From: an uncultured bacterium
GTDB lineage: Bacteria > Acidobacteriota > Aminicenantia > Aminicenantales > UBA4085
Length of the DNA stretch: 64,000 nucleotides
Direction of reading: 5' to 3'
Assembly (NCBI GenBank): GCA_937868205.1
Contig: CALMMC010000124.1
Coordinates: 33,046 to 97,045, forward strand
The translations under genes and the position numbers were made by a program. The notes beneath the pieces were generated by a model that saw nothing but the letters and a program-made list of their open reading frames with translations, did not search any database and was not told where the DNA came from. Shown here piece by piece: positions 1-8,170 of the stretch (positions are counted from its first letter, which is position 1; each line of letters begins with the position of its first letter).

Positions 1-2
1 CG

Positions 3-482
3 GTGATCGAGGGCGATATCGAGACCGAGCGCGACGCCGAGCGGATCCGAGCCCGGGGAATCCCGGCGTGGCAGATCACCACGGGCGGCGCCTGCCATCT
101 CGAGGCGAAGATGATCGGCAAGGTTCTGCCGGACATCCCGACCGACATCGACTTCTTGTTCATCGAAAACGTCGGCAATCTCGTTTGCCCGGCCGGTTAC
201 GATCTTGGAGAACGGCTCCGCGTGGTTCTTCTTTCCGCCCCCGAGGGAGACGACAAGCCGAAAAAATATCCTCTGGCCTTCGTCACGGCCGATGTCCTCC
301 TCCTCTCCAAGTCCGACCTTCGCCCCTTCCTTCCTTTCGACGCGGAGAAGGCCCAGGCCGAAGCCTTGGCCCTCAATCCGAAGCTCCGGGTGTTCATCAT
401 CTCGGCCGTCAGCGGCCAGGGGCTGGACGATCTTGTCGACTTTCTTTTCCGCGCCCGGGAGGAGATCGCCTCCCGTGCATGA
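3..482 (+). CDS. hypB: Hydrogenase maturation nickel-incorporation GTPase HypB (5'-partial, C-terminal part only)
   Basis: ORF runs off the left edge; C-terminal HypB-like motifs (GGACHLEA..., IENVGNLVCPA, LLSKSDL) typical of the HypB/UreG GTPase family. Confidence 0.8.
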   Translation: MIEGDIETERDAERIRARGIPAWQITTGGACHLEAKMIGKVLPDIPTDIDFLFIENVGNLVCPAGYDLGERLRVVLLSAPEGDDKPKKYPLAFVTADVLLLSKSDLRPFLPFDAEKAQAEALALNPKLRVFIISAVSGQGLDDLVDFLFRAREEIASRA

Positions 483-840
483 GCTTTCTCTGGTGGCCTC
501 GATGTTCGAGACCCTCCTCGAACAAGCCCGCCTTCATAAGGCCCGCCGCATCACCGGAGTGAGGATCCAGGTCGGGGCCCTGGCCGGAGTGGTTCCCGAG
601 CTTCTCGAAAGCGCGTTCGACTCGTATAAGAAGGGGACGATCGCCGACGGAGCGGTTTTGACCATCGTCAAGCCGCCGTTTACCATCCGCTGCCGTGCCT
701 GCGGCGACGAAACCGTCCGGGAAGACTTTGCCCTGGCCTGCCCCGCCTGCGCCTCCACCGACCTCGAGATCGTTCACGGGATGGAGCTGGTCCTCGAAAA
801 AATCGAGATGGAGACGGACGACCCGCTTCCGGCGCCTTAG
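475..840 (+). CDS. hypA: Hydrogenase nickel insertion protein HypA
   Basis: GTG at 475 gives MHELSLVASMFETLLEQA..., matching the HypA N-terminal consensus (MHE.SL); two CxxC pairs (CRACGD...CPACAS) form a Zn ribbon; the start overlaps the hypB stop by 8 nt. Confidence 0.75.
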   Translation: MHELSLVASMFETLLEQARLHKARRITGVRIQVGALAGVVPELLESAFDSYKKGTIADGAVLTIVKPPFTIRCRACGDETVREDFALACPACASTDLEIVHGMELVLEKIEMETDDPLPAP

Positions 841-912
841 ACGACGATGGCGCCGGAGGCCCCTCGGCGGCTTCCGGCCGGATAAAACATCCCGTTTCGC
901 GAGAGACGTCGA

Positions 913-2961
913 TCAGCGCAGATACCCAAGCGATCTCAGCGTTTCCCGCGTTTTTTCATCGGCCGTCGGGCCGGGGGGTTCGGGTGAAAAATGCGGGATA
1001 TGAAGGCCCGCCCGCCAATGCTCGAGAAGACGCTCGAGCCGCGCCCCCTGGGGCGAGGAACGGGGATCCAAGGGGATTTCCTCTCTGGGATCCGCGGCCA
1101 GGTTATAAAGAAAGGATCGTCCGTCCGAGCGGGAGACCAGCTTCCAGGAATCCGTCTGGATCGCCTTCTGGCTGAGGCAGAAGGCGGAGGCATCCGCGCC
1201 GGGCAGCTCGGCAAGCGCCCCGAGCTCGGAGAGGGGAAGTTCGTATTCAGAAACGGCGGCTTCCTCCTCCGGGGCGATTCCCGCCGTCGGGCCGGCGTCC
1301 GGAAGAAGCCCGAAAGCGCTGGGCCAGTTGTCCGCCGGCGAGACGCCGGCGAGCTTCAAAACAGTCGGGAAGATCGATCCCGTCGACACGACGCCCGCGT
1401 ACCGCTTGTTTTTCCCGAAAACCCTCGGATACCTCACGATCAAGGGAACGCGGAGAAGGGTCTGGTGGATGGAGAACGAATGATTCAACAAGCCGCCGTG
1501 CTCGCCGAGGTTCTCCCCGTGATCGGAGGTAATGATCACGACGGTCTCCTCGAGCAAATCCCTCTCCCGAAACATCGCGATCAGGCGCTCCAAGCAGGAA
1601 TCCAGGAAAGCAAGCTCGCCGTCGTACAGCTCGGCCAGCCGGCCGTAATCGGCCGGCCTCATCAGGGTCGGGAACGCGATCAGCCTCCAGACCTCCGGAT
1701 AGCAAGCGTCGGTCATCAGCTTGCGGACGGGAGGAGAAGGCCGATTCTTCAGGAAGCGTCGGCGATACGCCGGAGGCGGATTATAGGGAAGATGGGGCGG
1801 CATGTAGTTGACGAAAATGAAAAACGGCCGGTTCTTGTCCCGCCGGTTTTGCGAATCGAGCCACCGGGCGATCCAAGGCTGCGTCTCGGCGGCCGCCCGG
1901 TCGGACCGCTTTTTTCGGGGCGATCCCAAGGCCGCGCCCAGCCCCTTTAGGATTTTCAGGTTCTCGACGGGATCCAGGCCTCTTGCATCCCACAGCCCGG
2001 AGAGCCGGAACATTTCATAGAAGCGGTCGAATCCCTGGTCGAAGTGAAACAAAGAGGACACATTCGGATTGGAGGAAAAAGCGGCCGTGGAATAGCCGGC
2101 GCTCCTCAAGAGTTCGGCCATGGTTTCCAATTCCGGACGGAGCGTGCGATGCTCGAAGGTCGCTTGATGAACCTCGGCGTACTGTCCGGTGAAAAGGGAA
2201 GCGTGGGCCGGAACCGTCCAGGGGCTGGGAGAAACCGCCCGCTCATAAACGGCGCTTTCGGCCGCCAGCCGGCGGAGAAACGGCATCGTTTCCCGCTCCC
2301 CTTCCCTTAAGGAAACATGATCCGCCCTGGCCGTATCCATCACGATGAGCAGAACGGACGGGGATCCGGCCGGAGGAGCGGGTCGGCCCGCGGGGGCGCC
2401 GCCGCCGGCATCAATTTTCCCGGCGCGGGTTCCTCCTCTGTCCAGGGCGATGATTATTAGGACGAGACCGAGGCCGGCAAAACCGGCGATCCGTAAAAAA
2501 CGCGTCCGCCTGCCGGGAGGTTGTCTCCAGGTCGCGATCCCGGCGGCCGAGAGAACGAAGGCCGTGGCCGCGACTCCGGCCGCCAGCCCCGCGAAATCCT
2601 TCGCCCCTGACACGAGGATGGCCGTCCGGCCGGCCAGGAGGCCCGCCGCCGAAACGAAAAGAACGGTCAAAACAAAATCAAAAAGAGCCTTCTTGCAAAA
2701 AGAAATCACGGTCGTTTTCTGCCGGGCGGGCGCGTCTCCGCCGGCCTCGGGAAAAACGGCGCCGACGGCGGCCGTCCCCAGTCCTCCGATCATTCCCCAC
2801 AGGGAAAGGGAGATAAGGAACGCCGCCAATGATGATCCGGCCAGGCCGCCGCCGGATTGGGCGACGGCGAAGAGCGCGTCGACGAGCCCGGCCGCCAAGC
2901 CGGCCGCGAACCCCGTCCGGAGCCCCCCCCAAACTGTTCCTTTATTCACCGCTCCTCCCAA
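913..2961 (-). CDS. Membrane-anchored sulfatase-like hydrolase/transferase (alkaline-phosphatase superfamily; LtaS/EptA-like architecture)
   Basis: Hydrophobic N-terminal ~180 aa followed by IVMDTARADH, SPSPWTVPAHASLFTG and TSDHGENLGEHG motifs characteristic of the sulfatase domain; no Cys/Ser-x-P-x-R signature, so not a classical arylsulfatase. Confidence 0.65.
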   Translation of the reverse strand: MGGAVNKGTVWGGLRTGFAAGLAAGLVDALFAVAQSGGGLAGSSLAAFLISLSLWGMIGGLGTAAVGAVFPEAGGDAPARQKTTVISFCKKALFDFVLTVLFVSAAGLLAGRTAILVSGAKDFAGLAAGVAATAFVLSAAGIATWRQPPGRRTRFLRIAGFAGLGLVLIIIALDRGGTRAGKIDAGGGAPAGRPAPPAGSPSVLLIVMDTARADHVSLREGERETMPFLRRLAAESAVYERAVSPSPWTVPAHASLFTGQYAEVHQATFEHRTLRPELETMAELLRSAGYSTAAFSSNPNVSSLFHFDQGFDRFYEMFRLSGLWDARGLDPVENLKILKGLGAALGSPRKKRSDRAAAETQPWIARWLDSQNRRDKNRPFFIFVNYMPPHLPYNPPPAYRRRFLKNRPSPPVRKLMTDACYPEVWRLIAFPTLMRPADYGRLAELYDGELAFLDSCLERLIAMFRERDLLEETVVIITSDHGENLGEHGGLLNHSFSIHQTLLRVPLIVRYPRVFGKNKRYAGVVSTGSIFPTVLKLAGVSPADNWPSAFGLLPDAGPTAGIAPEEEAAVSEYELPLSELGALAELPGADASAFCLSQKAIQTDSWKLVSRSDGRSFLYNLAADPREEIPLDPRSSPQGARLERLLEHWRAGLHIPHFSPEPPGPTADEKTRETLRSLGYLR

Positions 2962-3004
2962 GACGAGGGGAAGCCGAGGACGCCTCAGGCGCGCGGCGGT
3001 TTCC

Positions 3005-3766
3005 TCAGGAAATTTCCCCGGTCAAGTAGGCTTTCATCCGGGGATCCTTCGGCTCGGCAAAGACCTCGGCCGCCGGGCCGTGCTCGACCAGCTCCCCCAG
3101 GTACATGAAAACGATATAATCCGCGATCCGCCGGGCTTGGCGGAGAATATGGGTCACGACGATGACCGTATAATCGGTTTTCAGGTCGATCAACCGCTGC
3201 TCGACGGTGCGGCTGGATTGCGGGTCAAGGGCGGAGGTGGGCTCGTCGCCCAGGATGATCTCCGGTTCGACGGCCAGGCCGCGGGCCAGGCACAGCCGCT
3301 GCTGCTGACCGACGGACAGCCGGGAGGCGGGCTCATGAAGACGGGTTTTCACCTCGTCCCAGAGCCCGGCGGCCGCAAGCTGGCGCTCGACAATCTGCCG
3401 CAGCTTCGCTTTCTCCCGAACGCCGTGGATCCGCGGACCATAGGCGATGTTGTCGAAAATCGACATCGGCAGAACCTGCGGTTTCTGGGACAACAGCCCC
3501 ATTTTCTTCCGGATCCGCGTCACCTCGATCTTCGGATCGTAAATGTTTTCCCCGTCGACCAGGACCTGACCCTCGACCTTCACGCCATCCACTTTGTCCA
3601 AAAGCCGGTTGAGGGTTTTAAGCAAGGTCGTCTTGCCGCAGCCCGAGGGGCCGATGATGGCCGTGACCCGGTGATCAGGGAGATCCACCGAGACGTCCTT
3701 AAGGACTTTCTGCCGGCCGAAGGTCACCGTCAGGTTCTTGATGGAAATATGCGTCTTGGCGTTCAT
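3005..3766 (-). CDS. pstB: Phosphate ABC transporter ATP-binding protein PstB
   Basis: Walker A GPSGCGKTT, ABC signature LSVGQQQRL, Walker B ILGDEPTSALD, and the PstB-typical C-terminus. Confidence 0.95.
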   Translation of the reverse strand: MNAKTHISIKNLTVTFGRQKVLKDVSVDLPDHRVTAIIGPSGCGKTTLLKTLNRLLDKVDGVKVEGQVLVDGENIYDPKIEVTRIRKKMGLLSQKPQVLPMSIFDNIAYGPRIHGVREKAKLRQIVERQLAAAGLWDEVKTRLHEPASRLSVGQQQRLCLARGLAVEPEIILGDEPTSALDPQSSRTVEQRLIDLKTDYTVIVVTHILRQARRIADYIVFMYLGELVEHGPAAEVFAEPKDPRMKAYLTGEIS

Positions 3767-3779
3767 GGCAATCCTTCGG

Positions 3780-4640
3780 TCAAATGGCGGAGTTTTTTCT
3801 GAATTTCCGGCTGTACCACCGGGAGAGAAGGCTGATGACGAGAATGATGATCGTCAGGATCGCGGCCGACGCATAAGCCCGCTCCTGGACCTCCGGGTAG
3901 GGCGTGCCGAGCTGGAAGAAAATCGCCAGCGGAAGCGTCGCCGCCGGCTGGAGGAGCGCCCCGGGGACGCGGTCGCTGAAACCGGCGGTGTACAAGACCG
4001 AGGCGGCGTCGCCGATGCCGCGGCCGAAGGCGATCAAAATCGCGGTGATGATGCCGGGAAGGCACTGACGGACGATAACGTGGACGGCCGTTTCAAGCTT
4101 CGTCGCCCCCAGGGAGGCCGAAGCGTCCTGGAGCGAGGAGGGGACGAGCCGGACGACCTCGTCCATCGCCCGGGCCATGATCGGAAGCTCCAGGAGGGCC
4201 ACGGCGATGATGCCCGCCAGGAGCGACGTCCGCAGGCCGACCATCATCATCAGGATGAAGCCGAAGGCCCCGTAGACGATGGAGGGGATGCCCCAAAGGA
4301 CGTCCAGGGAGAAGCGGACGAAGACGGCAAACCGCGATTTCCGCCGCTTGTAGAGATTAATGTACAGGACGATCGGCAGGCTGAACAGGAGAGCCAGGAG
4401 GGTGGCCCCGCCGGCCAGCTCCAGGGACCCAACGATGGCGTTGAGAATGCCGCCCTCTTTTCCCAGGTAGTACCCGCCCTTGGGCGTCTGAGTGATCATG
4501 GCCAGGTTCATGGCCGGGAATCCCTTGACGATGACCGTAGCGATGATGAGGAGAAGGCTTCCGATGACGATCACGGTCGAGCCGATCATCAACACCTTGA
4601 AGATCGATTCCTCCAGTTTCCGCCGCCGGAAGCCCATCAT
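3780..4640 (-). CDS. pstA: Phosphate ABC transporter permease PstA
   Basis: Multi-TM permease with an ABC transporter inner-membrane motif region; sits between pstB and pstC; ATGA overlap with pstC. Confidence 0.9.
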   Translation of the reverse strand: MMGFRRRKLEESIFKVLMIGSTVIVIGSLLLIIATVIVKGFPAMNLAMITQTPKGGYYLGKEGGILNAIVGSLELAGGATLLALLFSLPIVLYINLYKRRKSRFAVFVRFSLDVLWGIPSIVYGAFGFILMMMVGLRTSLLAGIIAVALLELPIMARAMDEVVRLVPSSLQDASASLGATKLETAVHVIVRQCLPGIITAILIAFGRGIGDAASVLYTAGFSDRVPGALLQPAATLPLAIFFQLGTPYPEVQERAYASAAILTIIILVISLLSRWYSRKFRKNSAI

Positions 4641-5524
4641 TCCGCCTTTTGCTCGGCCCGGATCAGGACCACGCGGGCGCCGATGTTGAACACAAGGACG
4701 ATCAGGAGAAGGACGAAGGCGGCCAGCATCAGAGCTCCGTCGTACAGGGGAATGGACATCATTTCCCCGTAATTATTGGCCAGAAGAGCCGGCAGGGGAT
4801 AGGCGCTGTCGAAGACGGATTTCGGGATGATGGGCGTGTTGCCGACGACCATGAGCACGGCCATCGTTTCGCCGAAGGCCCGGGAAAATCCGAGGGCCAC
4901 GGAGGCGATGATCCCGGCCAGCCCCTTGCGTAAAACGACGTGCTTGACCGTCTCCCATTTCGTCGCCCCCAGCGAGAGGGAGGCGTCGCGGAGGGATTGA
5001 GGCACCGAGGCGAAGACCTCCAAGGAGACATGGATGATCGTCGGAAAGACCATGATGGCCAGGACGATCGCTCCGGCCAGCACCGAGTACCCGGTGGAAT
5101 ACGCCCCGAACGCCGGAGCGATTTTCGCCACAAAGGGGACGATCATCAGGACGCCCCAGACGCCGAAAACAACCGAGGGGATGCCGGAAAGGAGGTCGAC
5201 GATGGGCTTGATGGTCTCCCGAATCCGCCGCGGCGCGTATTCGGACAGGTAAATCGCGCTCAGCAGGGAAACCGGGACGGCGATGGCCATGGCCGCCAGC
5301 GTCACCCAGACCGTCCCCATGAGGAACGGGTACAAGCCGAATTCGCCCTTCAAGGGGAACCAGGACGAACCGAAGAGAAGATCGGAAAAAGAATGAAGGG
5401 CAAGAATGCTCCGCGACCGGGAGTACAGCCCGAACAGCATCAAAAAGACGAGCGCCCCCGGCAGGATGGTGACGAGAAACATCAGCCGCCGGGCGGCAAG
5501 CTCTTTAAACAGCCGTTTGACCAT
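4637..5524 (-). CDS. pstC: Phosphate ABC transporter permease PstC
   Basis: Multi-TM permease, paralogous to PstA; conserved pstSCAB order. Confidence 0.9.
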   Translation of the reverse strand: MVKRLFKELAARRLMFLVTILPGALVFLMLFGLYSRSRSILALHSFSDLLFGSSWFPLKGEFGLYPFLMGTVWVTLAAMAIAVPVSLLSAIYLSEYAPRRIRETIKPIVDLLSGIPSVVFGVWGVLMIVPFVAKIAPAFGAYSTGYSVLAGAIVLAIMVFPTIIHVSLEVFASVPQSLRDASLSLGATKWETVKHVVLRKGLAGIIASVALGFSRAFGETMAVLMVVGNTPIIPKSVFDSAYPLPALLANNYGEMMSIPLYDGALMLAAFVLLLIVLVFNIGARVVLIRAEQKAE

Positions 5525-5583
5525 GCCTTGACCGTCTCCGGAAAGGGCGCATCATATCAGAAAACAGGGGTCGATTTCATCCC

Positions 5584-6534
5584 TTATTTATCGAGAAGGG
5601 CGAGTCCCGCCTTGAGCTTGTCCTCGCTCAGCCGGATATAACCGGTTTCGGGGACGTATTTTTGCCCTTCTCCGAGGATCCACCGAAGGAAGGCGGCCGC
5701 CGCCGGCTTGGCCGGCACGCCCTTGGAAACCAGGTAAAGGTCCCGGGCGGGGGGAGAGGGATACTTGTTTTCGCCGATGGCCTTCGTCAAGTCATCGCGC
5801 GTCCCGTAGAACCGCTCGACCGGATCGATCATGCCGTTGCCGTCGAGATCGATGGGCACGGCCACTAGGCCGGCGATCGGGGCCAGCGTTTTCGGGTCAT
5901 AAGCGAAATTGACGTTGTTGAACCCGATGCCGAGGGGATCCCGGCGGACGGCGTCGGCTAAGCCGGGATCGCCGTAGACGGCCACGCCGCCCAAGTCTTC
6001 TTGGCGCTTGTCAAGAAACAAGGCCCAGGTTTCGGCCGCGCCACAGGCGTCCGAGCGAGTGAAGACATGAATCGGCGCCGGCGCCTTGCCGTCCAGGACG
6101 TCGCCCCAGACGGTCGCCGACTTCGTAATCCAAATGTCGATGAACGCCTGGCGGGTCAGCCCTTTCCGCAGGATTTCGGGGAGATAGGGATTCTTGGAGT
6201 TGATCATGGGAACGACGGCGTCCTTGGTGACGGCGAACGGCAGAGCGCCCTTCTCCATCTCCACGGGGTGAACGTCGCGCGAGACCATGCCGAAATCGAC
6301 CATGTCGGCGATCACATCGGCGATCCCCTTGCCGGCGCCGCCGGCCTGGACATCGATCCGCACCCGGGGATGCAATATCTGAAATTCCTCGGCCCACTTG
6401 ACGACCATGGGATAAAGAGCCCAGGCGCCGGAAATCGAGACCTGGCCTTCCAGGACGGGGGCTTGAGCCGGGCCGGCGGCAAAGCCGCCCAGGACCGAGA
6501 CGGCCAGGAGAACCGCGATCATCAGTTTTTTCAT
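5584..6534 (-). CDS. pstS: Periplasmic phosphate-binding protein PstS
   Basis: Signal peptide MKKLMIAVLLAVSVLGGFAAGPAQA followed by a PBP-fold protein; first gene of the pst operon. Confidence 0.85.
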   Translation of the reverse strand: MKKLMIAVLLAVSVLGGFAAGPAQAPVLEGQVSISGAWALYPMVVKWAEEFQILHPRVRIDVQAGGAGKGIADVIADMVDFGMVSRDVHPVEMEKGALPFAVTKDAVVPMINSKNPYLPEILRKGLTRQAFIDIWITKSATVWGDVLDGKAPAPIHVFTRSDACGAAETWALFLDKRQEDLGGVAVYGDPGLADAVRRDPLGIGFNNVNFAYDPKTLAPIAGLVAVPIDLDGNGMIDPVERFYGTRDDLTKAIGENKYPSPPARDLYLVSKGVPAKPAAAAFLRWILGEGQKYVPETGYIRLSEDKLKAGLALLDK

Positions 6535-6552
6535 GGATCTCTCCTTCTTTAA

Positions 6553-7542
6553 TCAGAATCCGGCCTGAAATTGAACCAAGAGGGCTTTATTCACCGTCCC
6601 CCCCAGCTCGTTTCTCAGGTATTCATAATTAACCTGAAGCTTCGTTTTGCCGGAAATCATCCAATTCAAACCGGCGGTATAAAGGTTGGTTCGGTCATCG
6701 TCCAAAGCCGTGTTCTTGTCGTACGCATCCACCTTGGCGACGATCTGCAGCTGCTTGGGAAGAACAAACCAGCCGGCTTGGACGAACCATCCCCGGCGGT
6801 CCATCTCGCCGTCGGCCGCCCAGATCATCTCCCCTTTCAGCGACACGTCCTCGAAAGAGACGCCGGCGTGGAGCCCGGTCCGATCCCGGCGGATGAGCGG
6901 CGCTCCGGCCGCGGCGTCGGCTTTTCCCTTGTAGAGGGACGCGCCGATCGTGAGAAAGTCAAATGGCTTCACCCCCACCCGGCCGGCGAAATCCTTCGCG
7001 TCGTTCGTATCGGTCTTGTTGGCTCCGGCGCCGTTGAAGAGCCCTAGGCTGTAATCAAAAACGGAGACTTGTCCGGTCAGCATGGCGCCCACGTCGCGGC
7101 CCATCGTGCCGACGTCGCGGCCCGGGGCCAGCTTGCTGACGGGTTGGGAAAAATTAATCGTATCCAAGTCGGCCGAGGACGTGTCATTTTCCGCGCCGAA
7201 AGGAACCCGGAATTGGCCGAAGCGGAGAGCCGCAGACTCGGCGAAAACCACGTCCACCATGGCATCGACAAGGATGGGATTTCGGACGGCATCGACCGTG
7301 AACTTGGCCTTGATATTCTTCATGAGATCGGCGGACAGGCTGAAGCGCGAACGGCGGACGCTCAAGGCGTCGACGCCTTGGTCCTGCAGAGCGCCGAGGA
7401 CTTGGGTGAAACCCGAAAGCTTGAGGGTTTTCCCCGCCGTCACCGATGGGGGCGGCGTTTTTTCCTCGGCGAAAGCCGCCGGGATCAGGGCAAGGACCGC
7501 GATCAGGAGCCCGGCCGTCTTCTTCCATTTCGACATGATCAC
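6553..7542 (-). CDS. Outer-membrane porin, probably phosphate-selective porin O/P (OprP-like)
   Basis: Signal peptide, alternating beta-strand pattern, C-terminal aromatic residue (…FQAGF); 18 nt upstream of pstS on the same strand; GGGAGG Shine-Dalgarno 6 nt before the ATG. Confidence 0.55.
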   Translation of the reverse strand: MIMSKWKKTAGLLIAVLALIPAAFAEEKTPPPSVTAGKTLKLSGFTQVLGALQDQGVDALSVRRSRFSLSADLMKNIKAKFTVDAVRNPILVDAMVDVVFAESAALRFGQFRVPFGAENDTSSADLDTINFSQPVSKLAPGRDVGTMGRDVGAMLTGQVSVFDYSLGLFNGAGANKTDTNDAKDFAGRVGVKPFDFLTIGASLYKGKADAAAGAPLIRRDRTGLHAGVSFEDVSLKGEMIWAADGEMDRRGWFVQAGWFVLPKQLQIVAKVDAYDKNTALDDDRTNLYTAGLNWMISGKTKLQVNYEYLRNELGGTVNKALLVQFQAGF

Positions 7543-7554
7543 CTCCCGGTATTT

Positions 7555-7586
7555 AGTTGATATAGTCTATTGTTAATATCGACTAT
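7555..7586. promoter_or_regulatory. Inverted repeat TAGTTGATATAG-n8-TAATATCGACTA in the AT-rich leader of the porin-pst operon; candidate Rrf2 operator and/or promoter element
   Basis: 10 of 12 positions match between the arms. The 8-mer TTAGTTGA recurs exactly at 8081-8088 on the other side of the Rrf2 gene. Confidence 0.3.
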
Positions 7587-7599
7587 TCCTAAAAAAATT

Positions 7600-8067
7600 T
7601 TATCCCTTATCCGGCGTCTTTTGATTTCCGTTTTCATTATTGGCCCTCATCGCTTTTCGCGTCATTTCTGCGACATCGGCAAAGGAAGTGCTTTCCAGGA
7701 TTTCGGCGATCGCGTCCCGGTTTCTCTTCCAAAGCCAGCGGAGGCCGCACGATTTTTCCCGTGGACAGACTTCGCGGGCGGTGACGCTGACGCAGTCGAT
7801 CGGGGCGAGGGGACCATCCATGACGCGGATGATCTCCGCCACGGAGATCTCTTCGGGCGGCTTGGAGAGCATATATCCGCCGTTGGGCCCCTTCCGGCTG
7901 CGCAGGTATCCGGCCCTTTTGATTTGGAGGAGGATTTGCTCAAGGAAACGTTCCGGAATGTCTTGGACCCTGGAAATGTCTCGGATGTGAAGAGGCGGTC
8001 CGCCGTAATGCAACGTCAGCTCGAGCATCGCCCGGCTCGCATACTCGCCTTTCGTCGACAGTCTCAA
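7600..8067 (-). CDS. Rrf2-family transcriptional regulator (IscR/NsrR-like, probably Fe-S cluster binding)
   Basis: N-terminal wHTH (LSTKGEYASRAMLELT...IRDISRVQDIPERFLEQIL) and three C-terminal Cys (CVSVTAREVCPREKSC) as in cluster-binding Rrf2 proteins. TTG start with an AGGA Shine-Dalgarno. Confidence 0.8.
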   Translation of the reverse strand: MRLSTKGEYASRAMLELTLHYGGPPLHIRDISRVQDIPERFLEQILLQIKRAGYLRSRKGPNGGYMLSKPPEEISVAEIIRVMDGPLAPIDCVSVTAREVCPREKSCGLRWLWKRNRDAIAEILESTSFADVAEMTRKAMRANNENGNQKTPDKG

Positions 8068-8080
8068 AAGAACTATCCTA

Positions 8081-8096
8081 TTAGTTGACTATACCA
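8081..8096. promoter_or_regulatory. Second copy of the TTAGTTGA-containing motif, overlapping a candidate extended -10 (TGgTATAGT on the minus strand) of the Rrf2 gene
   Basis: Exact 8-mer shared with 7554-7561. It lies 14-29 nt upstream of the Rrf2 TTG start in the divergent region shared with the sensor-kinase operon. Confidence 0.3.
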
Positions 8097-8145
8097 ATCG
8101 GCCATCTGATTTATCATTTCCCGGGCCTTCTGTCAAGTTCATTTA

Positions 8146-8154
8146 TGATAAAAT
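8146..8154 (+). promoter_or_regulatory. Candidate extended -10 promoter element TGaTAAAAT for the kinase operon
   Basis: TGnTAnAAT match 17 nt upstream of the kinase ATG. Confidence 0.25.
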
Positions 8155-8170
8155 AACTGCGGCGGAAAAG

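Noticed and set aside
845-885. GC-rich imperfect hairpin between convergent hypA and the sulfatase-like gene as a terminator
   Set aside because: No adjacent T-run on either strand; the stem has several mismatches.
2345-3802. 485-aa plus-strand ORF
   Set aside because: Antisense to the sulfatase-like gene and pstB; R/A/P-rich low-complexity translation typical of spurious ORFs in high-GC DNA; pstB on the other strand is unambiguous.
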